Notes under the pieces: model-generated
The model's input: the letters and a program-made list of their open reading frames with translations, nothing else
Database searches by the model: none
What the model was told of the DNA's origin: nothing
Translations under genes and position numbers: made by a program
In this document: positions 1 to 9,732 of the stretch, piece after piece
How the letters are laid out: every line of letters begins with the position of its first letter
Numbering within the stretch: the first letter of the stretch is position 1
Assembly (NCBI GenBank): GCA_037441705.1
Contig: JBBIRR010000006.1
Span: forward strand, 34,882 to 98,881
Length of the DNA: 64,000 bases
Direction of reading: 5' to 3'
Source: Ignavibacteriales bacterium
GTDB taxonomy: Bacteria > Bacteroidota > Ignavibacteria > UBA10030 > UBA6906

Positions 1-1
1 G

Positions 2-976
2 ATCGCGGGCTACCTCGGCGTGAAGTACGCCGTCGGGTGTGCCTCGGGGACCGATGCGCTGCAGGTGGCGATGATGGCGCTCGGCATTCGTCCGGGCGAC
101 GAGGTGATTACGACGCCGTTCACGTTCGTGGCAACTACCGAGACCATTGTCCTCCTGGGCGCCAAGCCGGTGTATGTGGATATTGACCCGAGGACGTTCA
201 ACATCAATCCTTCTCTCATCGAGCAAGCCATTACGCCGCGCACGAAGGCGATCATTCCCGTTCACCTGTACGGTCAGGCGGCGGAGATGGAACCGATCAT
301 GGCCATTGCGCGCACACACTCGCTGCGCGTGATTGAAGATGCGGCGCAAGCATTGGGCGCTTCGTACAAAGGCAAGAAGGTGTGTACGTTCGGCGACATC
401 GGATGCATCAGCTATTTCCCGAGCAAGAATCTCGGCGCCTTCGGCGATGCCGGCATGGTGGTGACGAACGATCCCGAGCTTGCCGAACGCATGCGCATGA
501 TTATCGTGCACGGCTCGAAGACGCGGTACTACCACGACATCCTCGGGGTCAACAGCAGGCTCGATACGCTGCAGGCGGCGATTCTCTCGGTCAAGCTGAA
601 GTACCTTGATGCGTGGAACGCAACGCGCCGCCGCGCTGCAACGCGCTATAATGAGTTGCTGCACGATACGCCTGTCACCGTCCCGTACGTCTCCCCGGAC
701 GCCGAGCACATCTTCCATCAATACACTCTTCGTGCGCCGCGACGAAACGAGCTTGCAGAGCATCTCAAGAAGAAAGGCATTCCGCACGCCATCTACTATC
801 CGGTGCCGCTGCACATGCAGAAGGCGTTTGCCGTCGCGGGAAAGGGGAAAGGCGACTTCCCGATCACCGAGCAAGCGGCGGATGAGGTCCTTTCCCTCCC
901 GATGCACACGGAACTGACGGAAGAACACATGGTCTCCATCACGGGTGCCATCAAGGAATTCTATCAGACGCGCTGA
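2..976 (+). CDS. DegT/DnrJ/EryC1/StrS family PLP-dependent sugar aminotransferase (5'-truncated by window edge)
   Basis: SGTDAL, TPFTFVAT, PVHLYGQ, EDAAQA, SYFPSKNLGAFGDAG (PLP Lys), NSRLDTLQA; the frame is open back to position 2. Confidence 0.93.
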   Translation: MAGYLGVKYAVGCASGTDALQVAMMALGIRPGDEVITTPFTFVATTETIVLLGAKPVYVDIDPRTFNINPSLIEQAITPRTKAIIPVHLYGQAAEMEPIMAIARTHSLRVIEDAAQALGASYKGKKVCTFGDIGCISYFPSKNLGAFGDAGMVVTNDPELAERMRMIIVHGSKTRYYHDILGVNSRLDTLQAAILSVKLKYLDAWNATRRRAATRYNELLHDTPVTVPYVSPDAEHIFHQYTLRAPRRNELAEHLKKKGIPHAIYYPVPLHMQKAFAVAGKGKGDFPITEQAADEVLSLPMHTELTEEHMVSITGAIKEFYQTR

Positions 977-977
977 C

Positions 978-1706
978 GTGGAAACACAACTCCCGAAGAT
1001 CCTTGTTGTTATCCCGACGTACAACGAGGCCGAGAACATACCGAAGCTGATTCCCGCCGTTCTGCGGCAGGCCCCCAACATTGATGTGCTGGTGGTTGAC
1101 GACAACTCGCCCGACGGAACCGGCAAGATCGTGAAAGAGATCATGGCGACGAATCCGCATGTACATCTCATCGAGCGCGAGGGGAAGCAGGGGTTGGGTA
1201 CGGCGTACGTGCGGGGATTCAAGTACGCCATTGCCAACGGCTATGACCTTGTGTTCGAGATGGATGCGGATTTTTCGCATAACCCGAACGACATCCCGAT
1301 GTTTCTCGCGAAAATCAAGGACTACGACCTTGTGATCGGCTCGCGCTACATCAACGGCGTCCGCATCCTGAACTGGCCGATGAGTCGCCTCCTGCTCAGC
1401 TACTCGGCGAACGTCTATACGCAAATCATCACGGGACTTCCTGTGCGTGACGCAACCGGCGGCTTCAAGTGCTATCGGATCGAAGCGCTCAAAGCCATTG
1501 ACCTCGACAGAATTCGATCGAACGGGTACGCCTTCCAAATTGAAATGAGTTTCAAAGTGTGGAAGAAAGGCTTTCGTCTGGTGGAAATTCCAATCGTGTT
1601 TGCCGACCGTCGGGAAGGGCACTCCAAGATGTCCCGGCACATCGTGTACGAGGCAATGTTCATGCTGCTGAAACTCCGTCTGCGCAGCATCTTCCATCGC
1701 CTGTAG
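978..1706 (+). CDS. polyprenol monophosphomannose synthase-like GT2 (DPM1-like)
   Basis: IPTYNE, VDDNSPDGT, GLGTAY, EMDADFSH, DATGGFK, GYAFQIE; GTG start 1 nt after the upstream stop. Confidence 0.9.
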   Translation: METQLPKILVVIPTYNEAENIPKLIPAVLRQAPNIDVLVVDDNSPDGTGKIVKEIMATNPHVHLIEREGKQGLGTAYVRGFKYAIANGYDLVFEMDADFSHNPNDIPMFLAKIKDYDLVIGSRYINGVRILNWPMSRLLLSYSANVYTQIITGLPVRDATGGFKCYRIEALKAIDLDRIRSNGYAFQIEMSFKVWKKGFRLVEIPIVFADRREGHSKMSRHIVYEAMFMLLKLRLRSIFHRL

Positions 1707-1723
1707 AGCGCGAGGCGTCATCC

Positions 1724-3730
1724 ATGGACCTCTCGGTCATCATTGTCAGTTACAACGTCCGGCAGTTTCTGGAGAATGCTCTCGCTTCCATCTATCGCGC
1801 GTTGGAGGGAATCAACGCCGAAGTGTTTGTGGTGGACAACGCCTCCGATGACGGAAGCGTGGAGATGGTGAAGGCGAAGTTTTCTCGTGTCTGCCTGATC
1901 GAAAACAGCGCGAACGTCGGCTTTGCGCGCGCAAACAACATGGCGCTCAAACTAACCACGGGGCGCTATCTCCTCCTCATCAATCCCGATACGGTGGTGC
2001 AGGAGGACACGCTGAAGGTGATGATGCAGTTTCTCGACGCGCATCCCGATGCGGGACTTGCCGGATGCAAGATCCTCAATCCCGACGGTTCGTTCCAGCT
2101 TCCGTGTCGCCGCAGCTTCCCGACGCCGTGGGTGGCCTTTACCAAGACGTTCGGTCTCAGCACGCTCTTCCCGAAGTCGCGTCTCTTCGGCAAATACAAT
2201 CTCACCTACCTCAGCCCGGATGAAACATACCCGGTGGATGCCGTAAGCGGTTCCTTCATGATGCTGCGGCGTGAGGTATATGAGAAGGTCGGAGGACTTG
2301 ACGAAGCCTTCTTCATGTACGGTGAGGATCTCGACTGGTGCTACCGCATTCGTCAGGCGGGGTACAACGTGTACTATGTTCATGCAACCACAATCATTCA
2401 TTTCAAAGGCGAGAGCACACGGCGCAGCGACATTGACGAGGTCCGGACGTTCTATCAGGCCATGCAGTTGTTTGTGGAGAAGCACTTCAGCCGCTCGCTG
2501 TTCGTCGAAGTCTTTCTCACGGTGGGCATCACGCTGCGCGCAGCTCTGGCGATGGTGAGCAAGATGAGCCAGCCCCTCCTCATCGCTCTCGTGGATTTCG
2601 TCCTGGTTGATCTCGTGCTCGTCGCAAGCGAGTACCTGTACTTTGGACGCGTCTTCCGATTTCCGGATTACGCCTATCCCATCGTCTGGACTGTGCCCCC
2701 GGCCATCGTCGTCGGTTCGATGTATTTTTCGGGCGTCTACACGACGTCCCGGCACTCGGTTTCCCGTTCGGCGCTTGCGGTTATCATCAGCTACACGCTG
2801 GTATCGGCAACGATCTTCTTTGCGAAAGACTTCGCCTTCAGTCGCGCTGTTGTGTTGATTGCCGGTGCCATTACATTTGTGCTGCTGCCCGGATGGCGCC
2901 TGCTGTTGCAACTGGTGACCGGGAGGCGGCGAAGCGCACGGGGCACGCTGTTCGGTCGCCCCGCGGTGATTGTCGGAACAGGCCCCTCGGCGCAGGAGGT
3001 GCTGCGCAAGCTGCGCGCCCGCGTTGATAATGGATACGACGTCGTCGGTTTCATTGATACGCATCGGCGGAATATCGGCGAGAAGGTTGCCGGCGTGGAA
3101 ATCATCGGCAGCATCGACAACGTGGGCAAGGTGATCGACGAACGGCGCGTGCGCGAGGTGATCTTCTCGACGGATGGCATATCGTACAAGGACATCCTCA
3201 CCGTCATCGCCCGTAGCACCAATCGCGGCGTTACCTTCCGACTCGTGCCCAACAGTCTCGAGGCGATTATCGGCAAGCCCAGCATCGACGAGCTGGATAC
3301 GTTCCCGTTGGTGGAGATTGACTACAACATCCACAAACTTGGCCATCGGGTGATCAAGCGTGCATTCGACCTCATCGTGGCCACACTCGTGCTGCCGATA
3401 TACCCCTTTGTCCGGTTGGTTCGAAACCCGGCAAACGCTTCCGGCATTGCACAGTTCGTCCTCTTGCTTCCGCAGGTGTTTTTGGGTAGAATAAGTTTGG
3501 TCGGGCGCCCTCTCGACGAGCCTGATGCGCCCGCCGTCTCACCGGCAGGTCAACACGTGCGTTCATATCTCGGTCCAAAAGGCATCACGGGTCTGGTGCA
3601 AATCAACCGGCGGGACGATCTCGCGGACGAGGAAATCGAACGCTACAAGCTCTACTATGCTCGCAACCAATCGTTGATGCTGGATGTCGAAATCATCTTG
3701 AAGTCACTGTTGCGTTCAGCTCGCCAATAG
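1724..3730 (+). CDS. GT2 glycosyltransferase fused to a WcaJ-like membrane/Rossmann region and a degenerate phosphoglycosyl-transferase domain
   Basis: N-terminal [31 protein letters not shown]; TM helices; IVGTG...VVGFID; KRAFDL...SLVGRP...GITGLVQ; ATG at 1724 preferred to the ORF start at 1559. Confidence 0.85.
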   Translation: MDLSVIIVSYNVRQFLENALASIYRALEGINAEVFVVDNASDDGSVEMVKAKFSRVCLIENSANVGFARANNMALKLTTGRYLLLINPDTVVQEDTLKVMMQFLDAHPDAGLAGCKILNPDGSFQLPCRRSFPTPWVAFTKTFGLSTLFPKSRLFGKYNLTYLSPDETYPVDAVSGSFMMLRREVYEKVGGLDEAFFMYGEDLDWCYRIRQAGYNVYYVHATTIIHFKGESTRRSDIDEVRTFYQAMQLFVEKHFSRSLFVEVFLTVGITLRAALAMVSKMSQPLLIALVDFVLVDLVLVASEYLYFGRVFRFPDYAYPIVWTVPPAIVVGSMYFSGVYTTSRHSVSRSALAVIISYTLVSATIFFAKDFAFSRAVVLIAGAITFVLLPGWRLLLQLVTGRRRSARGTLFGRPAVIVGTGPSAQEVLRKLRARVDNGYDVVGFIDTHRRNIGEKVAGVEIIGSIDNVGKVIDERRVREVIFSTDGISYKDILTVIARSTNRGVTFRLVPNSLEAIIGKPSIDELDTFPLVEIDYNIHKLGHRVIKRAFDLIVATLVLPIYPFVRLVRNPANASGIAQFVLLLPQVFLGRISLVGRPLDEPDAPAVSPAGQHVRSYLGPKGITGLVQINRRDDLADEEIERYKLYYARNQSLMLDVEIILKSLLRSARQ

Positions 3731-3734
3731 AAGT

Positions 3735-4685
3735 ATGCCGAAAGTTACGTTAGATTTTGAAAAGCCGATCTACGATCTCGAGCAGAAGTTAGAAGAGATG
3801 CGCAAGTACGCCGATAACCCGGCGATTGCGCAGGAGATCGAGAAGATCGAAAAACGCGTCAGCCAGCTGCAGCGGAGCGTCTTCAGCGGCCTCACACGCT
3901 GGCAGAAAGTGCAGCTTGCCCGCCATCCCGATCGGCCCTACACGCTCGATTACATCAGTCTCATGACCACCGACTTTATCGAACTGCATGGCGATCGGTG
4001 CTTTCGCGACGATAAGGCAATCGTTGGTGGATTCGCAAAGCTCGACAGCTACAGCGTCATGATCATCGGCCACCAAAAAGGGCGCGATACCAAGACGAAT
4101 CTCTACCGCAACTTCGGCATGCCGAATCCTGAAGGCTACCGCAAGGCCCTGCGCCTGATGAAGCTTGCAGAGAAATTCGGCAAACCCGTCATCACGCTGT
4201 TGGATACGCCCGGTGCCTATCCCGGCTTAGAAGCGGAGGAACGAGGTCAGGCTGAAGCCATTGCGCGCAACCTGTTCGAGATGTCGAGACTGAGAGTGCC
4301 GATCGTCGTGGTGATCATTGGCGAGGGAGCCTCGGGTGGAGCGCTCGGTATCGGTGTGGGCGATCGGATTCTGATGTTGGAGAATGCCTGGTATTCCGTC
4401 ATCTCGCCGGAATCCTGCTCGAGTATTTTGTGGCGGAGCTGGGACTTCAAAGAGCAGGCGGCGGAAGCCCTTCAGCTTACGGCGCCCGACCTGAAGAAGC
4501 AGGGAATCATTGACGAGATTGTCCCCGAACCATTAGGCGGCGCGCATCGCGATCACGCCAAGGCTGCCGACATCCTGAAAGGCCAACTTCTCAGCGAGCT
4601 GAAAACGCTCACTAAAGTGAAGATTGACAGGCTGATCGAAAAGCGCATCGAGAAGTTTTCGAAGATGGGAGAGTACGCGGGATGA
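3735..4685 (+). CDS. accA: acetyl-CoA carboxylase carboxyltransferase alpha subunit
   Basis: [56 protein letters not shown]. Confidence 0.97.
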   Translation: MPKVTLDFEKPIYDLEQKLEEMRKYADNPAIAQEIEKIEKRVSQLQRSVFSGLTRWQKVQLARHPDRPYTLDYISLMTTDFIELHGDRCFRDDKAIVGGFAKLDSYSVMIIGHQKGRDTKTNLYRNFGMPNPEGYRKALRLMKLAEKFGKPVITLLDTPGAYPGLEAEERGQAEAIARNLFEMSRLRVPIVVVIIGEGASGGALGIGVGDRILMLENAWYSVISPESCSSILWRSWDFKEQAAEALQLTAPDLKKQGIIDEIVPEPLGGAHRDHAKAADILKGQLLSELKTLTKVKIDRLIEKRIEKFSKMGEYAG

Positions 4686-4723
4686 GGGGATGGGTTCGAC
4701 TGTAGCAATGTTCGCTCCATGAA

Positions 4724-5137
4724 ATGATCAAACACACCACTGACATACGCGTTCGTTACGCCGACACCGACCAGATGAAGTTCGTGTACTATGCGAAGTA
4801 CTTCGAGTACTTTGAGCAGGGGCGATCCGACCTGCTGCGTGATATCGGGCTGCCGTATCCGCAGATCGAGGCGATGGGATTGTTTCTGCCGGTGATCGAA
4901 GCCCACGCGAAATACAAGAAGGCAGCTCGCTATGACGATCTGCTTCACGTGGTGACGTACTTTCGCGAGATTCCCGTTGCTCGCATTCGTCTGGAGTATG
5001 AGGTGTTCAGAGACGGTGAAGCGGAAGCCATCGTTGAAGGATATACCGTCCACACATTTCTCAACGCGGCAACAGGCAAGCCCACGCGTGCCCCCGCTCA
5101 GTTCGTGGAAGCCATCGAGAAGGAGATGCGCTCATGA
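4724..5137 (+). CDS. acyl-CoA thioesterase, YbgC/FadM (4HBT) family
   Basis: RVRYADTDQMKFVYYAKYFEYFEQGR hot-dog fold motif; ARYDD. Confidence 0.9.
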   Translation: MIKHTTDIRVRYADTDQMKFVYYAKYFEYFEQGRSDLLRDIGLPYPQIEAMGLFLPVIEAHAKYKKAARYDDLLHVVTYFREIPVARIRLEYEVFRDGEAEAIVEGYTVHTFLNAATGKPTRAPAQFVEAIEKEMRS

Positions 5138-5319
5138 CGCTCAGCAAGGAGCTGTTAGAGATTCTGTGCTGCCCGTTCTGCAAAGGCAAGGTTGCATTCG
5201 ACCCTGTCGGTAACAGCCTCACCTGTCAAGCCTGCCAGCTTCTCTTTCCGGTCCGGGATGGCATTCCGATGATGCGCCCCGAAGACGCGGTGCCGCTGAG
5301 GAAAGACGATGCCCGCTAA
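5134..5319 (+). CDS. Trm112/YcaR family protein
   Basis: LLEILCCPFCKG...LTCQAC..FPVRDGIPMM; ATGA overlap with the upstream gene. Confidence 0.88.
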   Translation: MTLSKELLEILCCPFCKGKVAFDPVGNSLTCQACQLLFPVRDGIPMMRPEDAVPLRKDDAR

Positions 5320-6175
5320 CCTCCTGCATGACAGCCGTATCAGTCGCCTGGTGGAACTCGCGCTGATGGAAGACGTGGGGATGGGAGATGTGACGAGCGA
5401 AGCGACCGTTGGGGACGAGTTGCTCGGCGAAGCCGAGTTCGTGTGCAAGGAAGAGGGCGTCATTGCCGGGTTAGAGCTTGTGGGTCTGGTCTTTCAGTTG
5501 TGCGACCAGAGCATCACCGTGACGCCGTACCTTCGAGATGGGCAACGGGTTACCAACGGCACTGCCATCGGCGCCGTACAGGGTTCGGCCAGAAGCATCC
5601 TCAAGGGCGAGCGGACAGCACTCAATTTTCTCCAACGCATGAGTGGAATTGCCACGCTTACGCGACGCTACGTCGAGGCAGTTGCTGGTACTGCCGCTCG
5701 CATCACCGATACGCGCAAGACGGCGCCGGGCCTTCGTGCGCTGGACAAGCTTGCGGTGCGGATTGGCGGCGGCGTCAATCACCGGTTCGGTCTCGATGAT
5801 ATGGTTTTGATTAAGGATAACCACATCGTTGCCGCCGGAGGGATTGCAGGGGCCATTGAGCGCTGCAAACGCTATCTTACGGAACGTGAACTGAACATCG
5901 CCATCGAGGTTGAAACGAAGAACCTCGACGAAGTACGCGAGGCACTGCGCTTCGATGGCGTGCATCGTCTCATGCTGGATAACTTTCCGCTTGATGAGAT
6001 GCGCAAGGCGGTGGAGCTTATTGCGCATCGGGTCGAAGTGGAAGCGTCCGGCGGCATCACGCTCGACAACGTTCGCGCCGTAGCCGAGACCGGCGTGGAT
6101 TTCATCTCCATCGGCGCTCTGACGCATTCCGTGAAGGCGCTCGATATCTCGCTCGAACTCCGGCATGTTCGATAA
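5309..6175 (+). CDS. nadC: nicotinate-nucleotide diphosphorylase (carboxylating)
   Basis: EDVGMGDVT, ERTALNFLQRMSGIAT, DTRKTAPG, HRFGLDD, IKDNH, LDN, EASGGI. Confidence 0.97.
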   Translation: MPANLLHDSRISRLVELALMEDVGMGDVTSEATVGDELLGEAEFVCKEEGVIAGLELVGLVFQLCDQSITVTPYLRDGQRVTNGTAIGAVQGSARSILKGERTALNFLQRMSGIATLTRRYVEAVAGTAARITDTRKTAPGLRALDKLAVRIGGGVNHRFGLDDMVLIKDNHIVAAGGIAGAIERCKRYLTERELNIAIEVETKNLDEVREALRFDGVHRLMLDNFPLDEMRKAVELIAHRVEVEASGGITLDNVRAVAETGVDFISIGALTHSVKALDISLELRHVR

Positions 6176-7646
6176 GCTCAAGCGGCTCGGCACCGATACC
6201 GCCATCTACGGCATCAGCACGGTGGTTGGCCGCTTTCTCACGTTTCTCCTCACGCCGTTCTACACCAATGTTCTACCGCCCGCCGACCTGGGCATCGTCG
6301 CCACCGTCTATGCGTACATTGCGTTCCTGAACATCATCTACGGGTACGGCATGGAGACGGCGTTCATGCGCTACGCCGCGTCGCAGGAATTCGGCGACAA
6401 GAAGCAGGCCTTCAGCGTTGCGTGGCTTTCCGTCGGTTCAACGTCCGTAGTCTTCTCGCTGATCATCTGGCTGTTGCGCGATGTGTTGATGCTCGCCGGC
6501 GGCATTCCCGCCGATCACTCGGCGATCGTGACGTACGCAGGCTGGATACTTCTGCTCGACGCGCTTGCGCTCATTCCCTTTGCTCACCTCCGTATGGAGG
6601 GGAAGGCGAAGCACTTCGCCGCACTCAAGCTCTTCAATATCGTGCTGACGGTCGTTCTCAATCTCGTTCTTCTCCTTGAGTTTCGAATGGGGATCGAAGG
6701 GATCTTTCTCAGCAACCTTGCGGCCTCCGCAGTGACGGTTCTGCTTCTTCTTCAGGTTGTCTTTCGCAACATGGCACTCCGCTGGAACTCGTTGCTGCAT
6801 AAGGCGTTACTGCGCTTCGCCCTGCCGTCCGTTCCGTCGTATCTGGCCTCCATGATGATTCAGGTGATTGATCGTCCGATACTCGAAGCACTCACAGACA
6901 AAGCAACGGTGGGCATCTATCAGGCGAACTATCGGTTGGGCATCTTCATGATGTTGATTGTTTCGACATTCGATTTCGCGTGGAGGCCGTTTTTCCTGAG
7001 CAATGCCTCGGAGCCGAATGCGAAGCGCCTCTTTGCCCGCGTGCTGACGTATTTCTTTTTGTTGATGACCGGATGCTTTCTTCTCATCAGCTTCTTCATC
7101 AATGATGTCGTCACTTTTCCCATCTATCACGGCAAGTCCATCATTGCGCCGGAGTACTGGAGCGGACTTCCGATCGTGCCGATTGTGTTAGCGGCATATA
7201 TCTTTCTCGGCGTTGCCAATACGATGGTCGCGGGCATCTACATCGAAAAGCAGACGAAGAAACTTCCTCTCATAACATTCGTCGGTGCGGCGGTGAATGT
7301 GATTGCCAATCTCCTTCTTATCCCTTCCTTCGGCATCACAGGCGCAGCCGTGGCAACCCTGCTGAGCTACGCAGCAATGGCTGCCGTTCTCTACGTCATT
7401 GTACAGAAGGTCTATCCAATGGAATATGAGTTTGGGAAAATGATAAAGATTGTCCTTGCTGCAGCGCTCGTCTTCCTTCTCTTCCAGAGTGTGCACCTCG
7501 CATCGGCTCAGGCGCTGTGGAAGTTCGGCCTCTTGCTGCTGTTCAGTGTGTTCGTGTATGCGATGAAGGTGTTCGGTGCGGACGAACTCCTGCGCCTCAA
7601 GCGGATGTTCACGAGAAGTGCCACAGCGCCGCCGGTTGAGCCGTAG
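6165..7646 (+). CDS. polysaccharide flippase (Wzx/MOP superfamily)
   Basis: TAIYG start, many TM segments, VGIYQANYRLG, GITGAAVAT. Confidence 0.85.
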   Translation: MFDKLKRLGTDTAIYGISTVVGRFLTFLLTPFYTNVLPPADLGIVATVYAYIAFLNIIYGYGMETAFMRYAASQEFGDKKQAFSVAWLSVGSTSVVFSLIIWLLRDVLMLAGGIPADHSAIVTYAGWILLLDALALIPFAHLRMEGKAKHFAALKLFNIVLTVVLNLVLLLEFRMGIEGIFLSNLAASAVTVLLLLQVVFRNMALRWNSLLHKALLRFALPSVPSYLASMMIQVIDRPILEALTDKATVGIYQANYRLGIFMMLIVSTFDFAWRPFFLSNASEPNAKRLFARVLTYFFLLMTGCFLLISFFINDVVTFPIYHGKSIIAPEYWSGLPIVPIVLAAYIFLGVANTMVAGIYIEKQTKKLPLITFVGAAVNVIANLLLIPSFGITGAAVATLLSYAAMAAVLYVIVQKVYPMEYEFGKMIKIVLAAALVFLLFQSVHLASAQALWKFGLLLLFSVFVYAMKVFGADELLRLKRMFTRSATAPPVEP

Positions 7647-7905
7647 AGGTGACGAGGTAATGGCTCTGCACATCCACCTTCAACCCATCTTCGCATAGGC
7701 GAGCCGGCATTCGGCTTGCCTGTTCCTGCCTGACCTCTTGACAGCGCGGGTCGTGCTCACTCCACGACTCTGTTGAATCTTTCTGCGTCGGGGTTGCAGT
7801 ATTCAACATCGCATCGCATCTCTCCTGAAGAAAATTTTGCATTTGGTCAATTACTGACGCGGGCATCATACTTGCAGTGGGGAAAGTGTTGCCGTTGAGC
7901 CAACG

Positions 7906-8343
7906 ATGGACATGCACCACTTTTCCGGCGGTGAGCTTTTTGCCCTGACTCTTTTCTGCCACAAGTTGCAGAACGCGCTTTCGTCGGCGTGCGGTCTCTC
8001 CGTCCATGAGTTTCATTGCCTGATGCTGCTGTATCTGGAGAAGCCTTGCTGTGTGGGAAAGCTGAGTGAAATGCTGGGAACCGGCGGCCCTTCGACTTCG
8101 AAACTTCTGCGTTCACTTGATCGCCGGGGATACATAACACGCAGCCTGGATCCCGAAGATCGAAGGAGAGAAACCGTTGCGCTTACGCCCGCCGGCCTCG
8201 ACGCGGCACGGGAGGGGCTTGCTCGCGCAGAAACATTGGTCCGAGAGATGATGGAACGCCGTTGGCTTCAGCACAATGGAGACCTTGTCCGGTGGCTCGA
8301 GTTTCTCTCTGGTTCGATGAAGCAACTGCAAGATCGGGATTGA
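7906..8343 (+). CDS. MarR family transcriptional regulator, Cys/His-rich N-terminal half
   Basis: GLSVHEFHCL, wHTH TSKLLRSLDRRGYITR, wing DPEDRRRETVALTPAG. Confidence 0.9.
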   Translation: MDMHHFSGGELFALTLFCHKLQNALSSACGLSVHEFHCLMLLYLEKPCCVGKLSEMLGTGGPSTSKLLRSLDRRGYITRSLDPEDRRRETVALTPAGLDAAREGLARAETLVREMMERRWLQHNGDLVRWLEFLSGSMKQLQDRD

Positions 8344-8379
8344 CCATTCATCTCACCAACACACAACAAGGAGGACACG

Positions 8380-9498
8380 ATGCAGAACAATCTTACACGA
8401 AAGGAGTTCTTGAAGAACTCGACGAAGTATGCTGCGGGTGTTGCGTTGGGGGCGGGGGCGCTCAACCTGCTGACGCGCAACCCGATTGGGGCAAACCCTG
8501 TCGTTACCGACTGGCCCTGGCCGTATCAAGCGCTTGATACCGAACAGGTGAGGATTCTGGGACATGACACGTATTGGGAGGGGAAGGGCTGCTCGTACGG
8601 CGCGTTTCATGCGATTGTGACGAAGCTGCGCCAGGTGCTGCCGACGCCATGGAATCAGCTGCCGACCGAGATGATGATCTACGGGCACGGCGGTGGGGCA
8701 GGTTGGGGCGCCACCTGCGGAGCGATCAATGGTCCGGCGGCGCTCATTTCGCTGGTGCTGCTGAAGCCGCGTTCGGATGTGCTGGTCAGCGAGTTGTTTG
8801 GCTGGTACACGCAGACACTTTTCCCCACCGATATCAGCAACCAGTACGCCGTGAACCACGTGTTCAACGATAACCGATGCGACATTTTGCTGCCGCAGAA
8901 TGCCGCCGGCTCGCCGCTGTGCCATCCGTCGGTCACGGAATGGTGCATTCACGCAAACTACGCGGCGGATGCTCTTGAGCGGAAGGAGCGATGCGCTCGC
9001 ATTACGGGCGATGTTGCGGCGTACGCCGTGCAGATTCTCAATGAGGAGTTGCAGGGCAACTTTGTGCCGCGGTACGTTCCACCGGCAACCATTGCGGCAT
9101 GCATGAGCTGCCATGGAACGGGATCGCTGAACAGGGTTGTGGCAAAGATGGAGTGCACGCAATGTCACGGCACGAATCCGCATACATCGCCCGTTGAGCC
9201 TGTGTCATCCTCTGCAAAGGAGTACCAGCTACATCCGAACTTTCCCAATCCGTTCAACCCTTCGACCAGTCTCCAGTTTTCACTGCCGAAGAGAGAGGCG
9301 GTGACGCTTGCCGTGTACGATGTTCACGGCCGCCTCATCCGGAATCTCATTGCCAATGAGACGTACGAGCAGGGGACGTACAAGATTGGCTGGGATGGGA
9401 CGAACGATGCGGGTATGCGGGTTGCGAGCGGTACGTACTTCGCGCGGCTGCAGGCCGGCTCGTTCAGTTCCACGCAGAAGATGAGTTTGGTGAAATGA
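8380..9498 (+). CDS. C-GCAxxG-C-C / split-Soret cytochrome c-like protein with Tat-type signal, two CxxCH motifs and a C-terminal T9SS/FlgD-Ig sorting domain
   Basis: SD AGGAGG; TRKEFLK; GCSYG, GWGATCGAING, SPLCHPSVTEWC, ERKERCAR; CMSCH and CTQCH; NFPNPFNPST...WDG...SGTYF...KMSLVK. Confidence 0.85.
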   Translation: MQNNLTRKEFLKNSTKYAAGVALGAGALNLLTRNPIGANPVVTDWPWPYQALDTEQVRILGHDTYWEGKGCSYGAFHAIVTKLRQVLPTPWNQLPTEMMIYGHGGGAGWGATCGAINGPAALISLVLLKPRSDVLVSELFGWYTQTLFPTDISNQYAVNHVFNDNRCDILLPQNAAGSPLCHPSVTEWCIHANYAADALERKERCARITGDVAAYAVQILNEELQGNFVPRYVPPATIAACMSCHGTGSLNRVVAKMECTQCHGTNPHTSPVEPVSSSAKEYQLHPNFPNPFNPSTSLQFSLPKREAVTLAVYDVHGRLIRNLIANETYEQGTYKIGWDGTNDAGMRVASGTYFARLQAGSFSSTQKMSLVK

Positions 9499-9524
9499 GA
9501 GTGCTTCTCGTGTGAGCGTGCTGA

Positions 9525-9550
9525 GAGGGCGAGTCGCAAGGCTCGCCTTC
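9525..9550 (+). terminator. GC-rich hairpin with GCAA loop after the cytochrome gene (terminator or REP-like)
   Basis: GAGGGCGAGTC-GCAA-GGCTCGCCTTC; no strong U-tract. Confidence 0.45.
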
Positions 9551-9568
9551 GCTGTTACGGTGGAGAGT

Positions 9569-9652
9569 TTGTCATTCTGATCGAAGCGAAGAATCCAGAA
9601 CCGAGCCATTTACTGGATTCTTCACTCCGCTTCGCTCCGTTCAGAATGACAA
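9569..9652. repeat. nested palindromic element (TTGTCATTCTGA...TCAGAATGACAA)
   Basis: perfect 12-bp terminal inverted repeat 9569-9580/9641-9652 and inner 11-bp IR GAAGAATCCAG/CTGGATTCTTC 9588-9598/9613-9623. Confidence 0.75.
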
Positions 9653-9732
9653 TGGTTTCTTTTTGTACAGCCTCTGCTGGAAGCATACACACCGCGCATC
9701 GTCAATGCCAGCATGCAGCATTCCTCACACGA

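Noticed and set aside
1952-3346. Long antisense ORFs (also 12782..13768, 19802..21073, 30674..32053, 51379..52872, 56437..57732)
   Set aside because: They lie opposite well-supported genes and lack motifs; typical shadow ORFs of GC-rich coding DNA
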